From positions 6,688,785 through 6,752,784 of the forward strand of contig OZ244950.1 of NCBI GenBank assembly GCA_965222435.1: a DNA stretch of 64,000 nt. The letters are read 5' to 3'. The notes beneath the pieces were generated by a model. The model searched no databases, had not been told where the DNA came from, and was given only the letters and a program-made list of their open reading frames with translations. Shown piece after piece: positions 54,539 through 64,000 of this stretch. The translations under genes and the position numbers were made by a program. The DNA is from Candidatus Poribacteria bacterium. GTDB taxonomy: Bacteria; Poribacteria; WGA-4E; PCPOR2b. Position 1 is the stretch's first letter. Each line of letters starts with the position of its first letter.

Positions 54539-57415
54539 TCATAAAAGCGTTTCAACCAGCGTCTGGAAGTTTTCTTCTAGCAATTCGCGCTGTTTATTCA
54601 TCTCAGATTCAGGGGCGAGCTTTGTTTCTAATAACCGCTCGTAGCGCTCAACATATTCTAGGAGTACTTCGACCTCCTTTTCGTAACAGATTAGCGAGGA
54701 TAACACCTTCTCTTTGATCAGGATTGGCAACTCTGTTTCTGTAATCTGTGTTAGTTCCCATCGCCACAACTTTTCAGAAATGTAGCCTGCATATTGTTGC
54801 AGCGCATCGCCCTCATAGCCGGCGTCTTGGAGAACTCTTAACTCTAGGAGTAGGTCTACGGCGATATTAAACACATTCACCGAAGCATCCCCCGCATCGG
54901 CGGGGTCAGGAAAAATCCTTCTCAACTTTGTCAATGCACGCCCGGTGGTGGAGATAGGCAACTTATTTTCAAACAGGAATGCGCGCAAGTTTGGATACTC
55001 ATCGGGAGATTTCACGTTCTCCAGCCATGTATCTTCAATGGGTGGCAGCGATTGCAGGTCAAAATTCAGTACCTGATGCTCCCGTATCTGATTGATTTGC
55101 TGAGCATGCGGAGTTATCGCTGTCTCCAGCAACGTTAATGGCGCATTGGTATAGGAATTCAGGAACTCTATAAGTTCAGCGATCTTCGGTTTTTCCTCTT
55201 CAATTGCCGCTATCACTTTTGCAGCGGATTCGGGAGATTGCCCCTTTTTCCGCCCCTTTTTCCCTTTGCCCTGCTTTTTGGAGGCTTTGGGATTCGCTGC
55301 GCGTGCCAGTTGCTTATCAAGCGTCTGCTGATATGTTAGCAACTCCTCGCGAAGTGTACACAAGGTGGTATCGCTATGAATTTGCAGCATAGCAGGTGTA
55401 CTAATTTCCTGTAACCCACGACCAATTTTCGCTTGTAAGGCACGGTCAAGATTCCGTTTCAGGGTGTTTAAATCTTTCTCATTGCGTATAACAATTTTTC
55501 CACCAAGCACAAGATCCATCAACCTCTTCGTTTCTAGCGGGAGACTGAGATTGATGTCGAAAATTGGCTGAAAATCTTCGCAAAGATGCTCTCGAACTAG
55601 CCCCTCGGTGAGTATTGTCCACAATGTCCTATAATAGGGTTCATGTCCGCTCCGTTCTTCAGGAGTATTCTGAATCCAACGTTTAATCACAGGGAAATTA
55701 TCGTGGAGGCGACTCAGGACCTCTTCAAATATCTTCTCCGAAATTCCAAATCCTTCAAACGTATTCCCTCTTCGGAGCGAGATGTTGCGTGTCCCCGTAT
55801 TCCCCCCTGAAGAAGCAGAATGCTTAGGCATTAACAGAACGTCAGACAGCGGTTTGAGAATGGATTCAAATTGTTGCTGATGCCTGTCCGCAAAATTCGC
55901 AATCTCTAGCAATTTTATCCATAAGTCCCGAAGCCTTTCAATCTGTTTGGGATGGGTAGCCGGATTCAACGTAAGGCGGTAAATTCGGTCGCGTACTGTT
56001 TTGTCTGTCCAGCTTGGCAAGCGAATTTCATCTAGCAGCTCTCCCTCCTCAAGTACCATTAATTCAACTGTGCGAAGCAGCCCAGTCTCAATAAAGTCCT
56101 TTTCAAATACAAGATCGTAGAAAAGTCCAGTCGCTTGATCCAACACTTGATTCGCCAATTTGTAGCCAGCTAGGATGAGGTGTCTGATAGTGGTTTGGCG
56201 CGAGTCCTGAAGTTGCCATGTTTCGATGATTGAATCAATACTGTTTCTAAGCGATTCTTTCCTAGATTCCACCTTATCTTCATCTAGGTGTTCACCGATA
56301 TATTTGCCAAAAAATTCGCTGAATTCAAATAGCTGATTTCGCAGCTCGTCAATGGCTAGATCATCCCAAACTCTCTCATAAATCCGTTGCCCCGGTTGGA
56401 GCGTGAGTGCTTGAAGCCGACCATCAATACGCTCTTGGAAATTCGTCATGATTTCGTGTGCACGTTGATTCGCCTGCGACACGTACTCATCAATAATCGC
56501 AGAGGATGCGGTAACGGCTTCACGGATCGCATCGTAGTCACCATTGAGAGCGGTAACAACGAATTCGATACTGTCCGGAGACAATGGATTATAGACTGCC
56601 GCCGTTGGAAATATCCCTATCGGTTTTAAGCCTTGTACAGGCTGAGGCAATTTGCTCTGCCCCTCCTCTTCCTGTGTCGGTTTACCCTGGAAATACTCAC
56701 TAAGCCTTAAACAGTAGTTAACGTCGAGCAGATCGGGATAGTGTTTGATGTGCGTACGATGAATAACCAAGAGCCGATCGTAGTCACTGTTGGTAACTGA
56801 ATCGATCAGCTCATCCTCGTTCAGATGCACACCGTGAATATTCGTCTGTTCTGGAATAACGACCTTCGCTAATCCGGATGCGGTTTCTTGAGATGACGCG
56901 AGGACATAGCCGCCGGTTTTGACAGTGGTTGGTATTGTGAACTCAACTTTCAAAACCTCTTGCACCATCTCTGACATCGTGAGGGATTTGCCTAGATGCA
57001 CGGTGGTAATATCTTTGAGAACACCATCGGCGAAGTCCGTCACTTGACGTGTGTTACGCTCTAGCTCTTGCACACTCCTGCGAACACGATCATGGTCATC
57101 CTTGGCTTCCGTCGCAACTTTGGCTTCGTCAATCCAAGAAATCCAAGCACCGGGTCGCGGTCTCATTTTGAGTGTGAGGTCACCGTCTTCTGAGTCGAAG
57201 CCGGGGAGGATTTGCCCTTCGGACGATTTCTTTGGCGTCCAAATGAGCAAGTATTTGTCATTCTTCGTGCCAAGTCCCATTCCAAAGGTGTCACCCCAAC
57301 TGATCCGTCCTTCAACACTCGCTTTTATCTTATCTGTTAAAGCGAAAAGAGAATCTGAACTAAAGTTTAGGGATAGGTCTTGAATCTGATTCGGTTGGTC
57401 TTTGTCCAAAATCAT
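54539..57415 (-). CDS. Large hypothetical protein
   Basis: 958-aa uninterrupted ORF, largely helical, with a Lys-rich patch; no family recognised. Confidence 0.7.
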   Translation of the reverse strand: MILDKDQPNQIQDLSLNFSSDSLFALTDKIKASVEGRISWGDTFGMGLGTKNDKYLLIWTPKKSSEGQILPGFDSEDGDLTLKMRPRPGAWISWIDEAKVATEAKDDHDRVRRSVQELERNTRQVTDFADGVLKDITTVHLGKSLTMSEMVQEVLKVEFTIPTTVKTGGYVLASSQETASGLAKVVIPEQTNIHGVHLNEDELIDSVTNSDYDRLLVIHRTHIKHYPDLLDVNYCLRLSEYFQGKPTQEEEGQSKLPQPVQGLKPIGIFPTAAVYNPLSPDSIEFVVTALNGDYDAIREAVTASSAIIDEYVSQANQRAHEIMTNFQERIDGRLQALTLQPGQRIYERVWDDLAIDELRNQLFEFSEFFGKYIGEHLDEDKVESRKESLRNSIDSIIETWQLQDSRQTTIRHLILAGYKLANQVLDQATGLFYDLVFEKDFIETGLLRTVELMVLEEGELLDEIRLPSWTDKTVRDRIYRLTLNPATHPKQIERLRDLWIKLLEIANFADRHQQQFESILKPLSDVLLMPKHSASSGGNTGTRNISLRRGNTFEGFGISEKIFEEVLSRLHDNFPVIKRWIQNTPEERSGHEPYYRTLWTILTEGLVREHLCEDFQPIFDINLSLPLETKRLMDLVLGGKIVIRNEKDLNTLKRNLDRALQAKIGRGLQEISTPAMLQIHSDTTLCTLREELLTYQQTLDKQLARAANPKASKKQGKGKKGRKKGQSPESAAKVIAAIEEEKPKIAELIEFLNSYTNAPLTLLETAITPHAQQINQIREHQVLNFDLQSLPPIEDTWLENVKSPDEYPNLRAFLFENKLPISTTGRALTKLRRIFPDPADAGDASVNVFNIAVDLLLELRVLQDAGYEGDALQQYAGYISEKLWRWELTQITETELPILIKEKVLSSLICYEKEVEVLLEYVERYERLLETKLAPESEMNKQRELLEENFQTLVETLL

Positions 57416-57625
57416 TTCCTAAATACATTTAACAAAAAATGGGCAATTCTTTCCCGTACTGTACCTCAGAGGTATGGAAAGCCTTGCCCTAAAAGTTCAT
57501 GCCAAGATGTGCGTACTTTCTGTTTAAGTATCTGACTAAAAATCTCTGCACATTCTATCGGGTAGAATCTACGCCCACGCGCTTAGTGGGTTGCCACTAC
57601 CCCAAGTAAACTCATGTTCGGGTAC

Positions 57626-58171
57626 TTACGCATCCGGATGAAGTCCTTGTTCGGGAATATCATTATTAGCTATCAGCATCTCTCGATCAAAGATGAAATC
57701 TTTCCGCGAACCGCCGAGAACTTCACCCTCTTTTTGTTTTTCTCTAAAGTATTGCGGGAGTGTAATTCCTGTCATCTGGATTGCATCCTCCGGACACGCT
57801 TCAACACAGTATCCACAGAAGATGCATCGCAGCATATTGATCTCAAAAACTTCGGGATATTTTTCGCGTTGATAACCTTCTTTCGTTTTCCAGCCTTCGG
57901 GCGCGGGACCACCTTGAATGGTAATACAATCTGCCGGACAGGCTGTTGCACACATAAAACATGCCACACATTTGACATTGCCTTCCGGGTCTAACGGCAG
58001 CTTATGGAGGCCACGATAGCGGTCATTGCGCTCTTCAACACTACGTGGATCTTCGGGATACTGATAAGTAAATTTCCTCTTGGGAATATGTTTTAGTGTC
58101 GTGAGCATACCCTTAATAAGTCCAGGGATATAAAGCCTGTCCCAAAACGACATTTCTTCATTTACTCTCAT
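57626..58171 (-). CDS. nuoI: NADH-quinone oxidoreductase subunit I
   Basis: 'T.QYPE', 'YRGLH.L', 'CVACFMCATACP', 'FEINMLRCIFCGYCVEACPEDAI'. Confidence 0.92.
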   Translation of the reverse strand: MRVNEEMSFWDRLYIPGLIKGMLTTLKHIPKRKFTYQYPEDPRSVEERNDRYRGLHKLPLDPEGNVKCVACFMCATACPADCITIQGGPAPEGWKTKEGYQREKYPEVFEINMLRCIFCGYCVEACPEDAIQMTGITLPQYFREKQKEGEVLGGSRKDFIFDREMLIANNDIPEQGLHPDA

Positions 58172-58353
58172 AGGAACGCTGTCGCGGCTTTGATTATTGA
58201 GCGTGAAAACCTCTGCTGGAAAGCCGTTCTCCTTTCGATAATAAAGTTCAAATCGAATAGTAGCACAATTTCAATATTAATGCAACAACTATTTTTTTAC
58301 AATTGCCGCCTCATGGGTGGCAAACCCTTTACATTGACATGGTATAATAGCAG

Positions 58354-59235
58354 TTACTCTGATGGATACTCCCTTTTCAACCCTTCAGGAAACCCATAGG
58401 GCAGATCAGTTCGGGGTACAGGTAATGGAAAGCTCTGGCCCCCTAAGTTTTGGAATATCTCATGTTTACCACATAACCATAGAAACGTCTCTGCCACCTT
58501 CACTGCACTTCGGAATTGTTCAACAAGATTAGAGGCAGGGCTGTCATAGTCAGCAGTGGCAAAATCGAAGTTAGGGTCAACCGTCCAATCCCTTTTAGGT
58601 GGACTGGTTCTCCAATAGAAATACTTCAACAAGTTACGGGTTGCAGTTATAGTCGATGACGGGCGACGATGCCAGATATGATAGATTGTGATGAACACAG
58701 AACCTGCTGGCGCATCAGTTGATACTGTGTTCTGGATATTCCCTAAATGCCCCATTAACCTTGACTTCTGCCGTACAAGATGTGTGCCGGGTACAAGTTG
58801 CGTCGGTCCCATTTCTATGGGTGTGTCCTGTGGATAATAGAACACCTGAAGGAAGTTTAACTCATGGGTATAGTTGTAGTTCCCATCAATATGCCAACCC
58901 CCCACTGATGCGATAGGGCATTCAACACGATGGTTCACCATCTGGACGGGCAGATGGAAATCTTTGCCCAACAATGACCGCACAGCACCTGCAACTTCAG
59001 TATTCTTCATCACCCCCTCAACAAACCATTCCTCATATAAGATGTCATTCATATAGAGCAGGTCAGGATTTGCATCACAATACTTCAGAACACGCTGGTT
59101 AATATCATCAGGCACAACCCCTTCAAGCCTGAGATACCCATTTTTTAGAAACTCAAGCACCTCTGTGTCTGATAAGGTTGGTTTGCAGTCATGTGTGCTA
59201 GGGTGAATCAATGTCTTTTCTGAAAAGGTATTCAT
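58354..59235 (-). CDS. PhyH-family dioxygenase
   Basis: 'F.KNGYL.LEGVVP', 'WHIDG', 'YYPQDTP..MGPT.LVPGTH', 'AGSV......IWHR'. Confidence 0.85.
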   Translation of the reverse strand: MNTFSEKTLIHPSTHDCKPTLSDTEVLEFLKNGYLRLEGVVPDDINQRVLKYCDANPDLLYMNDILYEEWFVEGVMKNTEVAGAVRSLLGKDFHLPVQMVNHRVECPIASVGGWHIDGNYNYTHELNFLQVFYYPQDTPIEMGPTQLVPGTHLVRQKSRLMGHLGNIQNTVSTDAPAGSVFITIYHIWHRRPSSTITATRNLLKYFYWRTSPPKRDWTVDPNFDFATADYDSPASNLVEQFRSAVKVAETFLWLCGKHEIFQNLGGQSFPLPVPRTDLPYGFPEGLKREYPSE

Positions 59236-59379
59236 AACTCAAATCTGCCCATATCACATCTTTGTCGATGTTGATGAAGTTGTCTGCAAGGATTCTGATA
59301 ACATCATCCTTGATTATAGGAAAGTCATTCTCAAATGCCATCCGCCTTCCGTTGAATTCTCAAACACTGACTCACGGTT

Positions 59380-62239
<2,860 letters not shown>

Positions 62240-62379
62240 GTGAACCAAAGATGTTAAATCTTGAAGAATAGATAGGTAAAAAAAAAGAGGAAAATTATTT
62301 AGATAAGATGTTATCACATCACAAGTACATTGTCAAAAGAAATCCTATTCCTAAATACCTATAAATTTTCGACACATAT

Positions 62380-63999
62380 TCAGCTTCCATCTCGCTCTCG
62401 CGCCATCTCGTTTCCTTCAAGCAGATCGTAGGCAATGGTGCCCTGACTTTGTGCCGGTGGAGCGGTGCCGAGAACATGACAAAATGTGGGAACAACATCA
62501 GCGGCGTGGATGTAACCCTGTGAATCATAATCACGCTCATACCCCTTTTTAATTCCCGGTCCAGCCAATAAAAATGTTCCAAAGCTAGAGGAGATGTCCT
62601 CGTTTCGGGTGGGGAGGAAGCCGCCGTGATGTGCGCCATACACTTCGGGCGCACCGACCGCTCCGCCACCGACAATCCCTTTCCACTGACCGTAGTAGCC
62701 ACTGACGTAGCCGTGGTCCCATGCAAAGATGACATCACCGCACTGATCACCCCACTGACCGAGGAGGTAGGCATCACGTTTCGGCAGCGCAATGGCGATG
62801 GGGGTACGTCCAACCCCTTCATCAACCCAAGTGCGGAGTGCCAATAGCAGTTCACGCTCAATTACGTCGAACGCCGGTCCCACTTCAGCATTGATGTAGA
62901 TATCAAAGCCTTTGTCATCCTTGAGATAGGCACGGGTCTTTTCCCAATCTATATCCTTCTCCAGGACCTCATCGCGCTCGACGCCTTCCGCACCGTCTTT
63001 AAGCACGGTGAACTCCTGATCGACGAGGAACTTACGGATGTTGGCAATCCGAATGTCGGGGTAAGCCCCATGGTCACCGAGGACACCGACGCAAGTCTCA
63101 TCATCGGCAGCCTCCCAGATGCGTCCCAAAACCCGGTCACCGACCTGATATGCCCGACGGAAGTAGTCCATCGCTGTGTCTGCATTGTTTGGGTCGTAGC
63201 CCGGACAAACAGGATCTACATCGTTGAGGTGGATGTGGTTCAGATAGTCGAAAAGATGCCAATGGCAAATAAAAAAAGAACACCCATGCTCATGCAGCAT
63301 GTGGTTGGCGACATCGGCGAACCAGAGTCCTTGATATTCGCACTCCTCAAGAGCCGTATCAAAATCCGCCATGCCCGACGTATAAGGTGTCATAGAGGCG
63401 TGCTCCTGATAGGGGCCAAAACGTTCTATTAGCTCCGCTGCGAGGCCATCCGGGTAGGTGAATCCGTTGGCGTAGGTGACCTGTGAACGGTAGAGTTTCA
63501 GATTTTTTCCGTCGGGCGTGAGTTCCGTCAGCTTAAACCGAATCGACGCATCCTGCTTTTGACCATCGATCTGGAAGGGGGCAATTGCCCAATCGCTCCA
63601 TTGACCGACCACTGTCTCAGCAATTTGTGTATTCCCATCCTTCTCCCGGCAGATCTGTACACAATCATATCCTTTCCCACGACTGTCAACCACAAGGAGA
63701 TGAAAGGTGTTGACATCGCCGCCGAGACGCGCATGGATTTCGATTATGGACTCAAGGGGTGGTGACTGGCTCGGTGGAAGGTTCTCCCAACCGACGGCGG
63801 GACGCAAGGCTGGAATCGGTTGAACGCTGCGTTGTGTCCGACGCACAGCCGTTCCATCATGGTCCATCTCGACGGTAGCGACCTCATCGCTCGTCGTGTA
63901 GGCTTGACAGGACGCCACTTCGTAGTCGGTGCTGGCGTGTCCGGGGTGACCAAAACCGTCCACAACAAAGCCGGATTTGATGCCCGACGGATGGGCTGC
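62380..63999 (-). CDS. Alkaline phosphatase superfamily (nucleotide pyrophosphatase/phosphodiesterase) protein, 5'-truncated by the window edge
   Basis: 'DYLNH', 'GDHG', 'IDWEKTRAY', 'GAHHG', 'GPGIKKG', 'DVVPT...LG...P.QSQG'; the frame stays open to the window end. Confidence 0.8.
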   Translation of the reverse strand, partial: AAHPSGIKSGFVVDGFGHPGHASTDYEVASCQAYTTSDEVATVEMDHDGTAVRRTQRSVQPIPALRPAVGWENLPPSQSPPLESIIEIHARLGGDVNTFHLLVVDSRGKGYDCVQICREKDGNTQIAETVVGQWSDWAIAPFQIDGQKQDASIRFKLTELTPDGKNLKLYRSQVTYANGFTYPDGLAAELIERFGPYQEHASMTPYTSGMADFDTALEECEYQGLWFADVANHMLHEHGCSFFICHWHLFDYLNHIHLNDVDPVCPGYDPNNADTAMDYFRRAYQVGDRVLGRIWEAADDETCVGVLGDHGAYPDIRIANIRKFLVDQEFTVLKDGAEGVERDEVLEKDIDWEKTRAYLKDDKGFDIYINAEVGPAFDVIERELLLALRTWVDEGVGRTPIAIALPKRDAYLLGQWGDQCGDVIFAWDHGYVSGYYGQWKGIVGGGAVGAPEVYGAHHGGFLPTRNEDISSSFGTFLLAGPGIKKGYERDYDSQGYIHAADVVPTFCHVLGTAPPAQSQGTIAYDLLEGNEMARERDGS

Positions 64000-64000
64000 T

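Noticed and set aside
57626-58171. Solitary nuoI outside a nuo operon
   Set aside because: Split complex I operons are common and nothing else here suggests a new function.
58334-58348. TTGACA and TATAAT close together on the plus strand
   Set aside because: The spacing is only 3 nt and no sense gene lies downstream; not a credible canonical promoter.
62241-62260. The flank of TnpB element 2 shares ACCAAAGATG with the predicted guide of element 1, suggesting cross-targeting
   Set aside because: Only 10 contiguous bases match, the seed would need a bulge, and no TTCAY motif precedes the site; probably chance.

Overview
This is a gene-dense bacterial window. Its gene content suggests Candidatus Poribacteria, a sponge-symbiont lineage: seven PhyH-like dioxygenases, DUF6785-like membrane proteins, and an LRR/dockerin protein with an 'NYPNPFNPETWIP' C-terminal domain. 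That assignment is inferred, not searched. Core genes include ppdK, guaB, recQ, a solitary nuoI, an XdhC-family gene and a complete Pup-proteasome operon (arc-dop-pup-prcB-prcA-pafA) with a consensus sigma70 promoter. Mobile DNA comprises two tnpA-less IS200/IS605 TnpB elements with readable ends and TTCAY target motifs, an IS982-family element with a 5-bp target duplication, a two-copy MITE, and many GTAG-type REP palindromes. The most striking region is a REP-bracketed defence island (about 19.9-27.3 kb). It holds a single-chain restriction-modification gene with REP palindromes inserted in frame. Downstream of that gene lie degenerate copies of its own 3' end, interleaved with cargo: a TIR gene and a tight three-gene cassette (helical protein, ThsB-like TIR, Nmad2). 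That cassette is a candidate undescribed TIR-based antiphage system. All calls come from motif recognition by eye; no database searches were run.
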